64,000 nt of DNA from Callorhinchus milii (GCF_018977255.1 NW_024704743.1:27964001-28028000), one strand, 5' to 3'. Shown: positions 1-13,620, counted from the first letter of the stretch. Notes: generated by a model from the sequence alone, not told the origin. Translations and numbers: made by a program.

Positions 1-325
1 TTGTGAACCCTTCTTAAATTTAAATAGCTTTGCAGTTGGCCTTACCCTTTCTGGATCGTAAATCTCACCCTCGACACTGACACTGACTGTGCTTGTCTGG
101 GAAAATATAAATGCTCCCTTTGGCACGGTACTTTTTTTGTTAGTTTCTCTATCTAAAGTGGTACAACTGAAATCTGACAAAACCTGGTGCAACTCCAGCT
201 TGTGGATAGGTCCCAGTCATTGCTGAGAGCAGATTAAACAGGGCTTCTCCGAATACACAAGTGAGAGCATTACAGAGATGCCAGTGGTAAGGCATCAGCT
301 GAACTGAGATTCCCCTACACGTTAA

Positions 326-682
326 TAAATAATATTCCTTGCGTTTGATATAGCACCTAATCATGTCTTACCTTACCAGAGTCTCAAAAGCTCTTCACAA
401 AATATACTGTAAAGTGAATTGACTGTATATTGTGCGCAAAATGCGGCAAACAATTGTGCACAGCAGTGTCCCACAAACAGTGGTGGATTGAGTGGCCAAA
501 TTATTGCTTTTTTTGAAGGAATTGTTACCCCCGGAAAAGCAATCTGCCAATCGACTGACAACCGGGTTCCTAGTTACTGTTTGGTAAACAGAGGCGTGCG
601 GAGTAAGGAAACTTAGGAATCGGACCCAGGTCTCTCGCTTAGACCTGGTTAGAGTGCTCTAAGCACTGAGCTACAGGACTCC
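326..682 (-). mobile_element. tRNA-derived Deu-type SINE, long form (resembles Callorhinchus SINE2-1-like family)
   Basis: Reverse complement reads GGAGTCCTGTAGCTCAGTG head, GTTTGTGGGACACTGCTGTGC core and (ATT)n tail. Many paralogous copies in the window. Confidence 0.88.
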
Positions 683-1160
683 ATGAGAAGAATACTTACC
701 AACAGTACAATTTGCTCCAAGGTTTAATTTTCCAGTGAATTCCTGAGCGGTGATGGGACTCAGGTTTGGATTCCAACACCTGTTGAGTTCCCATTCTGAG
801 CTGTGTTGCCGTGGGGAGTTCCTGAGTGAAGAGCAGGGAGTTCCTACCCAGGGTGTGTGTGGCATGAGTTTAAAGAACCAACTGCAGGCCTGTGCCTGCA
901 GAGCGTGTGACTGCCCGGTTTCAATTAGAGTCACAACAACTTGCGCTTATATAGCGTCTTCCACACAGGAATCGTCTCAGAGTGCTTGAAGTTACCAAAT
1001 TATTATTTTTGAGTCAGCACAGGGAGAGTAGTAAATAAAGGCAAAAGCAATCTTTTTTTAGAGGGCTATGAGCCAAACTTTTTAAAAACTTCTGAAAACA
1101 CCACGATTCATAACGATGTTCAAAAGTTTAGCATTCTGAGTATCCATTGGATAATGGAGA

Positions 1161-1418
1161 CCTGAGAATGATTAAAGGCAGTAATCTAATTGAGAGATTT
1201 AGATTGGGTGATATATCAAATCATGGATACCTGGGAAAGATTATAAGGCAGTAATTTGATTGAGAGGTTCAGACAGGTTATAAATAGAAGATAGATGCCT
1301 GGAAGTGATTATAAGTCAGTAATCTAATTGAGAGGTTCAGATGGTTTTGATATATATAATAATAAAGTATAACTGGGAGTGATTACAGGGCAGTAATATG
1401 ATCGAGAAGTTCAGATGA
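1161..1418. repeat. Minisatellite, about 70-bp unit, about 4 diverged copies
   Basis: Units begin near 1161, 1230, 1298 and 1372; shared core cctggga-gtgattata-ggcagtaatctaattgagaggttcaga. Confidence 0.85.
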
Positions 1419-4400
1419 TGTCACGATCATCTATATGAATGACATCTGATGCTGACTAAACCTTGCGATGACCTCACAGCCTCACACAGTCCTCTTGTAT
1501 CTATTCTTGAAATCCATGCGGTAAAGGTGCTAAAGTGGGACAGCAGAGAGGAGGTTCCCTTTGTTTTTGTTATTTGCTATTGTGGGATTAACCTGTGCGT
1601 GCATAATTAGAGCATTTGGCATTGTCAATGTGTGATGAAGGGAATGATTATGGAGAGAGATCATCAGTTTATCATGTGATAACCAACATGTGACTGACCG
1701 CATGGAAATACAGAATGCATACAACTCACTGTCACATTTTAATATTGTCTCCTGTTTTATACCAGAGTGACCAGATTATACAAACTAAATTTTGACTTTG
1801 TACTTTGGAATATTTACTTGCATCTCAAAATGTTTGTGGTGGTGAAGAGTCATGTAATTTGGCTCTTATGTAATTCTCCTCTGCCCACGTTATCCCTATG
1901 TCGAGCAGAACAATATCAAAGAGCACATTTTTGCAATGTCCCTTTTCCCATCACAGTGGCTGCAATATTTTTTACAAAGTCACAATATAGCAAACAAATA
2001 TCTTGGTGACTAGTTTTTTAAATCCAATTCTGTGAATTATTGGGTCTGGTGCAGAAAGTGGTTCAGTTATTGGTTTGACCTGAAAAAGAAATTGTGTTGA
2101 CACAGAAGGCTGCTTGAGCATAGATAGTCTCAACCAAACAGGGATGGAGTTATTCCCCATCGCCTTTTCCTTCATGATCAGTTGGGGAAATAAAGGGGTA
2201 TAGGACAAGGGAACAGAAAGGATGTGGATAATCATGTGGAATATAAACACTGACAAGCATGAGTTGGGCCAAATGGTTGTTTCCATGCTTTAATGTAATT
2301 AATGTAATTCTATGTAATCTCTTAAATGTATTACCAAGTACAATATCTATGTATCGCTCACTTGAAAGCCGCAATAGATTCTGTCTGTGACATCCTGAAG
2401 CAGTCTGTTCCACATTCTTGTGGCCCTTAATGCAAAGATGTTTTTTATCTGGGCGCTCCTTTTACCAATCAGTGATATTTTGTATTCGGTCACCAGTTTA
2501 AAATGGGGAAAATCCTATTATAATCAGGTAACAAAAAGATTGCTAGGTCTGTAACGGACTTGCAAGTAACCACACCCTCTCCCTGTCCACTTACTGAGTT
2601 TGATGTATTCATCAACTGAAGCTGTCAAAGAAACTGAACTTCTTGACGCTATGCAAACATGGTTTATACAGGAAGCACAGGGTTTAGTAATGATGGTATT
2701 TGCAATAAGATCCCAGATTGCTTGAGAAGCCACAGCCTGTGAAATCCAAATGATTTCAGACTCTTGGACAGCTGTAACGTTCCACGCAAAGATTGCAATT
2801 TATACTGTCAGCAAAAAAACAACAGTAGCTCAAATATTTGTTCTTGTGTTTCACTGATTTTTATTACACCGTAATAGTCACTCGACTGCTGTGTGTACAT
2901 TGATTTACTGCGAACTCCCTTAGGGTGTGCACAGCCTGGTAGTCATTTGATGCATTTTAACTTCTAATTTCTTTTTCATAAGAAAATTCTAATCACAACA
3001 TATTGCATTTACATAGTGGCTTTCATGTAGGATGAATGTATTTTAAGTTCTTAGCAATGATGGGTGGGACTCATAAAGTGAGTAGGAACAGATGAAACTT
3101 AACCCTTTAGATTGTGACATATGTGGTTGAGATATTCTTTGTGACTTGTGTTAATTCTGTTAGCTGTAAAGAATATAACTTCTCATCTTACTCAATGACC
3201 CGATGAGTAAATATGTAGCCTTGCAGACTCAGAAGGTTTGAGGTGAACTAAGTTGGGGAAGTGGTAGGGTTGCTACAATAAGCTTTATCATTTTTAAATA
3301 GGCTTCCTACTCCTGATTACTTTCAGTGTTCACCTACGAAACAGTCATTACACTTTTCAGTAAAATCTTGTGAAGTGCTTTGAGACATCCTCCCAACATG
3401 GAAGGTGGTATATCAAATGGAAGGATGATGACATGATAAGGCACAACATCAAATGCAAAGATTATTATTATCATTGTGAATTATTATTATCAGAGACCTG
3501 GGGAAAAGTGTTGAATCATAGCCTGGTATTCCTTCACTCAAGAGGACAGTTAAACAATGGGGGAGTACGAGTCTTCCTCCAGTTTTCCTGAAATGTTAAC
3601 CTAGCTTTCTGTGCATGTGTGTGTGTCCTGTGGATATTAATTATATTATGATGTTGTAGAAGACATGTTATCTTTTCAAAAACAGAAAAAAAGAATCATT
3701 GGTTCTGTGCTTGTCAGGATTTGTGGTTGTGGGGATTGTTTTAATTAACCTGAGTTAGTTAATATAACAAGATTGCCGGTGGTGATGTGGAACACTTGTA
3801 TAGCATGTCACTGACGTTGGAAGCGAACACAGCTGTCAAAGTTTAAACAGTGAGCGTGCACATTTATGCCCATATATAGGGAACAGAAATCATCTGTAAA
3901 ACTCCTGTTTTGGTTGTTATCTCGTGCTGAATGTTGCAGGCTATGGTATATGTTACTGATACCACACTGGAGCTGTTTTGATACCATGTTAAACCATGAG
4001 TGGGCCTAGGCACATAGCATAAGTGCCAGAGGTGGTGTATATTATTTACAGTTATATCCACAAGTTTTTTTATATGGTTTTCTCTTTATACATTGTGTAA
4101 GTCATTTTATTGTTTACTTTCTTTTCATTCTCACTTCTGTTTTGCTGGGTAGTCATTTTCACAGTTCACATACTGAGATGTCAGGAGTAGCTTTATCACT
4201 GGAATTATTCCCACAAAACCTAAAATAAACACCGAAAATTATTTTTTTCAGAACAAAAGTCAAACAACATCTTTGTAATTCCCCTCCATCTGTTTTTCAT
4301 AATTCCTTTGTCATTGTTATGATTTTTCTTTATGTAACTTACTCTATCTAGTCTATAAATAGAGCGAAGCAGGAAATTGAATGCTGATTTATGACATACC

Positions 4401-4477
4401 AGCTTAATTCGTTTACAATTACACAGAGTCACTACGCTTTTCACCCACAAAATACACATTCAATCCAACTTAATCGT

Positions 4478-4827
4478 GGAGTCTTGTAGCTCAGTGGTTA
4501 GACCACTCGCCTTACAAGCAAAAGACCTGGGTTTGATTCCCGGCAGGATGAAATATTGAGCAAGTTTCTTTACTCCACACGTCTCTTTTCATGTAGCAGT
4601 AAGTAGGAACCTGGTTGTTAGTCAATTGATGGATTGCTTTTCTGGGAATAATAATTCCTTCAAAATAAAAATAATTTGGTCACTCAACCCATGACTGTTT
4701 GTGGAACACTTCTGTGTGCAATTGGCTGCTGTGTTTCACCAATTCACTTTACAGTATTCTGTGAAGCGCTTTGAGACGTCTCGAAGATGTCATAAGGCGC
4801 TATATCAAATACTAGGATTATTATTAT
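4478..4827 (+). mobile_element. tRNA-Deu SINE, long form, full length
   Basis: A box TAGCTCAGTGG, B-box-like GGTTTGATTCC, central segment, core and GGATTATTATTAT tail. A second tail fragment follows to about 4901. Confidence 0.92.
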
Positions 4828-5406
4828 GGTAATTTCTGTGAAGGTCTTTGAGACATCCTCCCAACGTGAAAGATGCTATACCAAATGTAAGGATTATTAT
4901 TAGTTCATTCAGCCTTTTTTTTGTTGAGTCAAACCAGAGTTCTGGGAACCTGGTCTCTGCAAGATGGCAACTACAATAGCAGGTTTGAGCCGGGCTGGTG
5001 CTGGGATTTTATATCTGCTCCTTTGTGAGAGTAAGAAGAAGGGGGGCAGGGACATGGGTTCAACCCAGCCACAAACTCCAACAGGGGGTGCGTGAATTTA
5101 TGCTCAGATGAGGGAAGGTGAACGGACAATTGAGATTTAATTAATTTGCACAGAGAATGGTAATTACGTGTAATCGATTACTCAGTGAAAACGACAGTGG
5201 ATTTCTTCAGATTGTTGCTGTGTGGGTATCTGATCTGGATGGAACAGATTGCCTTTCGTTTAGATGAATTATACATGGTGTAGCTTTGTATGAGGTCACA
5301 GAATGTTACAAACTTGAGAGGAAGCCAATTTCTATTGATTTCCCTGAAGGCTCTCATTCCAGTGCCACATGCTGCCCTTGTGTAGAAGCTGGAAGCCATT
5401 GGGTTG

Positions 5407-5702
5407 TAATAATAATAATAATCGTTCCATTTGATATAGCGCTTTTCACGTCTTCTAGACGGATCAAAGCGCTTCGCGGGATAGATTATAAAATGAATTG
5501 ACTGTACATTTGTGGGCAAAATGTGGCAGCCAATTGCGCACAGCAATGTCACACAAACAGTTGTGGATTGAAATGACCAATTTATTCTTGTTTTTTTTTC
5601 TTGAGGGATTATTATCAGGCTTGTGGAGTAAGGAAACTTGCCCAATGTTTTACCCTGCTGGGAATTGAGCCCAGGTCTCTAACCACTGAGCTATAGGACT
5701 CC
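5407..5702 (-). mobile_element. tRNA-Deu SINE, short form
   Basis: Same head and tail as the long form but lacks the central ctctgtttacctagcagtaagtaggaacc...ttttccgg segment. Confidence 0.9.
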
Positions 5703-6641
5703 ACAATGGGTCAAATCTCACCTGGTACGAGTACTCTTAACTCAAAGGCCAGTGTAAGAGAGGTGTAGGTCTCACCCAACCTACCCGGGTCAGTGTCAAA
5801 AGTAGACCTTCCACCTGTGAGTACACCCAGAAAGAGCATCTCACGTCTATGCCTCCTTGTAATTTCACAAGAGTACAGTGAAGTGAAAAGCTATTCACTT
5901 GAACATTACTTCACCAAACTGGCTGGTGATCTGAAACAGATGGACCCACCTGAATTCTCAAATGTGTACAATTACTCACTTTAAACTGCAGTGTGCAGTC
6001 AGTTGTTTTGACAAAAGGAAAATGTGTTTTTATCGCAGTTCACCCATTGCAGTCGGAGTGCTAGAAACTCAAAAGCAAGTCAGTCAGCACCTGAAAGGGA
6101 CAAAATAGGTTAATGTTCAGACCAGATCCCTTATTAGGGCTCAGTTTCCTTTTGCCAGTACTAAAGCATGCAGTGTACACATCCTCCGATGGGATGGGGA
6201 GGATAATCAGACATACAGCTAACTGCCAAAAAATAGCCTTTATCAAATGAACAACAGCTAACTCATAAAATAAACTTGCCTTATTTTAGGAGTTAGTTTC
6301 AGTTGTTCAGTGTGGATTTTCTTTGCAAGAATATACTAGGCAGTCTTTTATAGTGTTTTCAAAGATCCCGCATAGAGCTTTAGCTATGTTATAGGGAAGG
6401 ATTATGTTCATTTCCATTGCCTTGAGTTATTGGGTTTGTTTGTTTGCTGTTTCTAAGCACTGTTTGATGCATTGGGCAATATATTACACGTCATAGATTA
6501 AGTCTGTGTGCCAGTTCAGCCTCAAACACTTGGGAGTGATCAGTATACCCATGGAAATCCACTTTGTTTGGTTAGTCAAGTATCTGACACAAGCAGAAAC
6601 CCATAAGAGCATCCAAACCGAACTATTGAAAGTTCTACAGA

Positions 6642-6963
6642 TATATTCTGTGAAGCGCTTTGAGACGTCGAGAAGACGTGGAAAGTGCTATATCAAATGC
6701 AAGGATTATTATTATGTGAAAACCTCTGTTTGTCAGGTATGTGTATTCAAACAATCAGACAAAGTCAATGTCCTGAAAGTGCTACATCACAAAAAAATAT
6801 ATAATTCACTTAATCCACAACTGTTTGTGGGACACTGCCGTGCGCAATTGGCTGCTGCGTTTTCGCCCACAAAATATTCACTTTACAGTATATTCAGTGA
6901 AGCGCTGTGAGGTGTCTCAAAGACATGATAAGGCACTATATCAAATGCAAGGATTATTATTAT
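6642..6963 (+). mobile_element. Two 5'-truncated SINE 3' fragments
   Basis: The tail gtgaagcgctttgagacgtc...tatcaaatgcaaggattattatt occurs at about 6642-6715 and about 6800-6963. Confidence 0.85.
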
Positions 6964-7371
6964 ATCAGACTCTGTTTCTAAAATGTAAGTCTTGCAAGTA
7001 ATAAAGTTGGATCCCTTTAGGCTTTTAAAAACAGTTATGGTCCACTTGACTCACTCTGCGACAACCCATTTGAGTATTCTCAGTGCTCAACAACTGGCTT
7101 TTTCTTCATCCTGACATCTGAAAATACTTACCTGTTTATGCCATGCCCCTACCAACAGGACAGGACATTCCAGCACTGACACCAACCTCTCCTGACATGT
7201 ACAGTTCTTCATATAGGAGAGGAGTATGTTCAAGAACCTTCTTAAGGTAAATTTTGAGAGTGAACAGAGAGAGAATATGCCAATGGACAGACCTGGACTG
7301 TTCTCCAATGCAGGAGGTTCCTGGTGAATTAAGAAATCTGTGGGCTTGTACAGTAGTTATATGAAATTCTC

Positions 7372-7727
7372 TAGGTTAGTTGTTAAAGCTCTCACCTCGC
7401 AAGCAAGAGGACCTGGGTTTGATTCCCGACAGGGAGAAACATACTGCAAGTTTCTTACTCCACATGCCTCTTTGTTAATCTAGCAGTAAGTAGGAACCCG
7501 GTTGTTAGTCGATTAGTGGATCACTTTTCCGGGGGTAATAATCCTTAAAAATAAATAAAAATTATTTGGTCATTCAACCCATGACTATTTGTGGGATACT
7601 GCTGTGCGCAATTGGCTGCCGCATTTCTCCCACAAAATATAGTCAATTCACTTTAGGGTATATTCTGTGAAGCGATTTGAGACTTCTCGAAGACTATGCT
7701 ATATCAAATGCAAGGATTATTATTATT
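7372..7727 (+). mobile_element. tRNA-Deu SINE, long form
   Basis: Degenerate head, central segment, core and (ATT)n tail colinear with the other copies. Confidence 0.9.
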
Positions 7728-9377
7728 TTTATTTGGCACTGTGCTTGCCTGCTTATTACAATAGGTGAATGTCCTGAGGCTCTGAACTTAGTATGATCTG
7801 TTTCATTTGCATTGTCACAAAAGTGCATTCGGCCACAGAGTACACAACCTCTACACTTTATATTTTTTCCTGTAAAGCGACGTCTTCATAAAAAAGAAGT
7901 AATAATAATTATGTTAATAATTATAAAAAAGGGTCTGCATCACAGAATGCAGTATTAATAAGATAGGACTGAATAGCACCAGAAAAGGCCATTGTACATT
8001 TTTATTAGTTCTAAATACATAAAGATATCATAAAATATTATTGAAAGTGGGGACTGTAGTACGTTATATAAAGACAGAGAATGCAGTTTCGTATTCTTAA
8101 CAATCTGTCCTTAATCTGTTTTTCGACTGAAAACTTTTTTCCAGCCCCTCTCCCCTTCCTAAACAAAAATGACTTGCATTTAAAAAGATCCTTTATGTGG
8201 GTGGCATTAGAGTGCTTAACAGTGGTGGAGTCTGATGCTGAGCTAGAAAACGGACTTCTAGAAAATGGTTTCCCTCTCCATGCAGGTCAAAATTCAAAGT
8301 GCCAACTTTCCTAAAACCTTTACCTCTTGTCAAATGTAGCCTTTTATTGGAATATTAATATTAATAGGTGTTGAAGTAGGATTGGATCCCTGTTCCTTGG
8401 GCTTGGAACGATTACGAGTTCCCTAATCACACAGAAAATCAGAGACATAGTACGGATTCAATACAATTTACATTCATAGTGCCTTACACATCGGGAGGAC
8501 ATCTTAAAGATCCTTACAGTGCTAGATGGACACACAAGCTGGGGGTGCGGCCAAAAGGGAAGGATAACCGAAAGCCCAGTCAAAATGCAGTCAATGTAAA
8601 GGGTGCATGTAGGACAGAAGGGGTAGAGAATGGAAAGAGTGATTGAGTTCATTGGGTAGTTTATAAATATGGGATAGAACAATTAGTTGAGTGGCAGAAG
8701 GAACAGAAAACGGTTTGTTTAACAACTTAAGACCAGGAGACATCTTTGATAGAATTAGTCACTCTTATTATAATAATAATCCTTGATATAGATTTGCTAT
8801 AGCATCTTATTACGTTGTTGATTCGTCTCAAAGCGCTTTACAGTAAACTGTATTTTGTGGGTGAAACGTGGAAACCAATTGTGCACAGCAGTGTCCCACA
8901 AACAGTCATGGATTATACCATATTAGGAACAATAATAACAATAATCATTGCATTTGGTGTAGCAACTTTACAGAGAGTTTGACCTTCTTCCTACAGCATG
9001 AAAAAGGATGTCTCTACTTCTGATCGCTGAGACTAAGTACAAGGCTTCTAATGTGATTCAGACTGAACGTGGCAGTGATGTGCTGCCAAAGCAGATTGAG
9101 TTATACTAAAACAACATACCTGATGTGACCGCCAACCAGACAATGTTGGCCACGCAGCTTAAAGCAACATTCACAGCTGATTTCAGCAGCACTTAAGTAA
9201 ATGTGACAACAGGGTCATTGAAATTGCAAAAGTAGCCCATGTGAGAGCATTGACAACTGTTAGCTCATGTTGTCACGTCCGACTGTTTAGCAGCTTTGTT
9301 TTTCTGCCTCCATTAAAATATGTGGCACATGGCTTCTGTAGTTGCAGACTCAGGAAAGAGATACAAAAAGGGAAATT

Positions 9378-9590
9378 CAATGCTGGAAATCTGAAGTAAA
9401 AGGGAAATTGTTACAAGTAATAAAAACAGAAAGTCCTGGAGAAGCACAGTGGGTCGTCGGCATCTGAAGAATGATAAATTAATGCTTCTGGTGTCACCCT
9501 TCACCTGAACCCTATTCTGTTCAGTCTAATGAAGGATTGTATCCGAAATATTAACCTCTTTCAGATCTTCAAAGCATGCTGTGCTTTCAA
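9378..9590. mobile_element. Degenerate Penelope-like terminal repeats in inverted arrangement
   Basis: 9420-9510 resembles 49893-49992 (aaaaacagaaa..ctgga..gcatct..cccttca..gaac). 9523-9590 is the opposite-orientation version with a hammerhead-like core. Confidence 0.55.
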
Positions 9591-11131
9591 GCCTCTGCTT
9601 TGACACTCAGAGCTGCTTCCCACGCACTTTCCTTTTCAGTTAAAACTTCTTCAATCTTCGCTGAGTCGCCAGCTTCAGGCAGTAGAATCATAGAAACCTA
9701 CAGCTCAGAAAGAAGCAATTCAGCTCATCTGTATCAGCTCTCAGAGCGAGCTGTTCATTGAATCTCACTGCCCTCCCCTGTCCCCATACCTCTTTGGTTT
9801 ATTGAGAAGTCACTGCGTTTAGATATTTGGAGGCACTGTCAATGTTCACTGGTGCTAAGCTATTTGTATCTGAACATAATACAACATAAGAAATTGCATT
9901 TATATTACGCCTTGCATAAGTTGCTTCAGTTACTGGACTAAGTGAAGAATTGTGATCCAGATGCTCCCAAAGCACAATTGAGTCCTTCTATGTTTCAGTT
10001 TCACTCAGTCGATAACATTCTAACATCTGGGTCAAACGTTTTGGGAGCTCATAGGGAGATCACTGCATTATTGGACGTGCTGTCATGCAGATGAGTCTTT
10101 GAACTGAATTCCTGTTTGTCCGTTCAGGTGGACACTAAAGAGCCCATAACACTAATTGAAAGTAGATTCTTCCAGTGTCCTGACCAACAATATTCCAGAT
10201 AAAAGTGGTCATTCCATGGCTGTTTGTGGCATATTACTGTGTGCGAATTGGCTGCTGTTTTTATCTGCAAAATACACTTTATAGTAAATCTTGAGACATT
10301 TGGACAACATGCTCAGGTACTGAATCGAACTCAAGGAAACTGAAAGAAGTAGAAAACCATAGATATTGTGTAAATTGCAAACAGAAATGCGGCAGGCATG
10401 AACAGGTTAACTTCTGACAGAAAGGGTCGAGTCCAAGAATCATATGCAGCAAGGAACTCTGTCTGCTACTGAACTGGCCTCAGAAAGCTTTGGGGAGGGG
10501 CAAGAACACAAGACCTCATGAATCAGAATAAGATTAAATGCCAGAGGTTCCTTCCCTTAGGGTCCCTTTTTTATCCTTACCCACCTTGTTTTCCAATTTA
10601 ATATGTTTAACTAATTTTCAGGTTAATCCCTTTGACTTTCACTTTGTTCAGGCACTTTTTTTTTTGCTGAAACAGAATTTCCCGATGGGGAACCCCTGAG
10701 AATTTTGGGTTGGATATTCTTGTTAAAGGCAGGAAATTTAACTCAAGCAGAATAACAATAAAAAGCACATCGACCTGGAGAGGACCTTTCATTTCCAAAA
10801 TTGTCAATACTATAAATTGTGTGGCAATTTTGCTGTAAAAGACACAATTGCAGACAAAAGAGCTGAAATACAGTATCTGGGCTCACTCGCCCCTGCACTT
10901 TGTGTTGTGTTCTCCAACCTTTGTTGTAGTCTCTTGTGGACTATACCAAGATAGAGTCTCTGCAATGGCACATCTGCAAATGTACTGCACTCAGCAATGT
11001 TGTAGAGTACCCACTGCTAAGTATCCGGGAATTGTTCTCACGAAATTCAATGCCTGCCCAGCAAAGGAATGAGAGGCCAGCAAAAATAGCTTCTAAAGGT
11101 AACCTTGCAAATAATAATAATACAAATAATG

Positions 11132-11424
11132 AATAATCCCTGGATTTGATATAACATTTTTCATATCTTCTAGACGTCTCAAAGCGCTTCACACAATATA
11201 CTGTAAAGTGTATATTTGTGGGCGAAACGCAGCAGCCAGTTACGCACAGCAGTATCCCACAAACAGTCGTGGATTGAAGTAACCAATTTATTACTGTTTT
11301 TTTTGAGGGATTATTATCGGGCTTGTGGAGAAGGAAACTTGCCCAAGATTTCGTCCTGTTGGGAATCAAATCCAGGTCTCTCGCTTGCAAGGCGAGTGCT
11401 CTAACCACTGAGCTACAGGACTTC
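11132..11424 (-). mobile_element. tRNA-Deu SINE, short form
   Basis: Reverse-complement head with anticodon arm CTCGC-CTTGCAA-GCGAG; central segment absent. Confidence 0.92.
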
Positions 11425-11757
11425 ATCTGAGTTTGAGCATTGGAACTGAAATCATTGCCGTCTTCCTAACAACTAGCCATAGGGTTAGATACCAGGATCA
11501 AATATCACATGCTGCTTTACATTATCACTTCCAGAATGGTTACAACTTGAACTTCCATGAAATAGCTCTTCCTTGTTTAATTGGGAGCTATTTCCTCTGT
11601 ATTTACCTTCAGTGCCGCATCCACACATCTCTTCATCCACTTTAAGGCCTAAATTTGCAAGATTTCTTAATAAGGAATCCCATTAGAATTGCCGACGAGG
11701 ATTGGAGCTGGGCTGCAGACATTGATTATATCCGAGTAGAGTTCCACGATGTACTGT

Positions 11758-12114
11758 GGAGTCCTGTAGCTTAGTGGTTAGAGCACTCGCCTCACAAGCG
11801 AGATGACCTGGGTTTAATTCCCGGGTAGGGTGAAACTTTGGGCAAGTTTTGTTACTCCAAACTCCTCGGTTTACCTAGCAGTAGTTAGTCGATTGGTGGA
11901 TTGCTTTTCTGGGGGTAATAATCGCTCCCTCCAAAAAATAATAATAATTTAGTCACTCAATCCAGAACTGTTTGTGAGACACTGTTGTGCGCAATTGGCT
12001 GCCACGTTTTGCCCACAAAATAGTCAATTCACTTTACGGTATTTTTTGAAGGGCTTTGAGACGTCTCGAAGACATGATAAGGCATTATATCAAATGCAAG
12101 GATTATTATTATTA
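11758..12114 (+). mobile_element. tRNA-Deu SINE, long form
   Basis: GGAGTCCTGTAGCTTAGTGGTTAGAGCACTCGC head through GGATTATTATTATT tail. Confidence 0.92.
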
Positions 12115-13244
12115 CTTCAGTTATGAGAGGGATTCCCCAGAGGATTACTTTTTAAGGTCCTTTTTTCATCCTTCCGTAACCACCTTGTTTTCCAATTCAT
12201 TACATTTAACAACATTTTCAGGGGACTCGAGATTTTTGCTCAAGAGGTTTTGTCAATTCACTTGCAAGATTGACCCTCCACAGAGATACCTAATTTATAC
12301 AACTTGGGCACCTTTTGAAGGAATTCTGTTAAGAAATACTGCAAATTGGATTCTTATGTGCATCAAAGACCTTGTTAAATGCTAATTATGAGACTCTATA
12401 GGGATTCACAATGCTTTTTGCGATCGATTGATCTAAGTTTACAAATCTTGGGGAGGTCAGAGGTGAATTGCAACGTAATCTGTGACAGTAGCATGTGCTC
12501 GTGATTGGGTGGATTCACCCACAGTCTCACTGCTTTCTTAATTGCCATAACCACAGACAGGAGGAAAGTTGCCTCCTTTTTGTCCAGACCATTCTCACTG
12601 ACTGAAAGCTGCAGGGGATAGATGTTCATTGCTGCAGAAGCAGAATGTTTCCTTTACTTTGCGAATGGTGGAGGAGGGAAGAAAGCACATGCAGATGATC
12701 AGAAGGCTGGCGCTCGTACCTCAAGCTGCTTGTCAGACTGCAGCTGCTTCCGCAGTTTGTTTCATGGCTCAAGTGCATGTCTGAAGTAAATATTTTAATA
12801 ACTGTGAGGTGCTAAGTGTGTGCAGCGTCCAGCCGCTTACTGTGTCCCGCCCACAGTTATTATGTTACTTATCTGAGTGGAACTGAGGCCTGAACTCCTC
12901 TCCCCAAACTAATGATGGCATTTATTATTTAGATTAAGGTTATATGACAAGTTTTAACTGAAAGGTTTGTTTAAACGAATAAAAAACTGAAGGGTTTTTC
13001 TGACAGATTTTCCAGACGAATGTTGTATATATTTATAAGTACTTTACGACCTGTAGAGCTTTCTGTGTGGGGTCTGGGAGATCTCGCACAAGATGCTCGA
13101 TGTTAAGTCTGCTTATAATAATACTGTTAAGAACAGCGCCAGAAGCATACACTGTTCATTCACACAAATCCTTATAAGGAGAGTTATGAAGCTGCTGCAA
13201 TTTTGGAGAAAAGTCAGCTTTGCTAACTCTGATGAAAAAAGATC

Positions 13245-13620
13245 TCAATTAGAAAAGCCAGTGCACTGCAGAGGAGAACAACGAGGATGATCCCCAGTGT
13301 TGGATGGATGAGCTATGAGAAGCGATTTGATAAGGTAGGGCTCTTCAGTTTTAAAAAGACTTCTCGGACTTGATAGAGGTAAATAAGATACTGAATGGGA
13401 TTTGAGAAACAGAACTCAGAACAGTACTTTCAGATACCACGGCAGCAGAACAGGAGGCATGGGTTTAGAGTTATAAAAGAATTTCAGGCGAGGCACTCAT
13501 TACTTATTTACATAGATGGTAATTAGTAACATGTTCACAGCAGGGATGGTTGAGGTCTGGGCTGTGGACCCATTTAAAATAGAACGGTGGTATTCTTGAA
13601 GAATGAGATTTAATTAGTCA
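13245..13620 (+). mobile_element. CR1 LINE 3' fragment, decayed
   Basis: Colinear with the reverse complement of 38250-38760 (cagaggagaacaacgaggatgatcccc..atgagctatgag..ctcttcag..gatagaggtaaataagatactgaatgggat). Confidence 0.75.

Noticed and set aside
5178..11426. Longer ORFs 5178-5645, 6506-6910 and 10941-11426 (also 37252 and 59608) sharing VKRFETS..YIKCKDYYY
   Set aside because: The shared peptide is just the SINE tail translated; it is not a protein family.
12600..12860. GC-richer patch with a ~55-codon ORF (MFIAAEAECF...)
   Set aside because: No similarity to the expected upstream FHOD3 exon (DDKDLVHEFV..NYILR, which I did not find in the window). The nearby donor is the wrong phase for the 17223 exon.
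6129..13179. CArG boxes at 6129, 8918 and 13170
   Set aside because: The count is about what chance predicts in AT-rich 64 kb.
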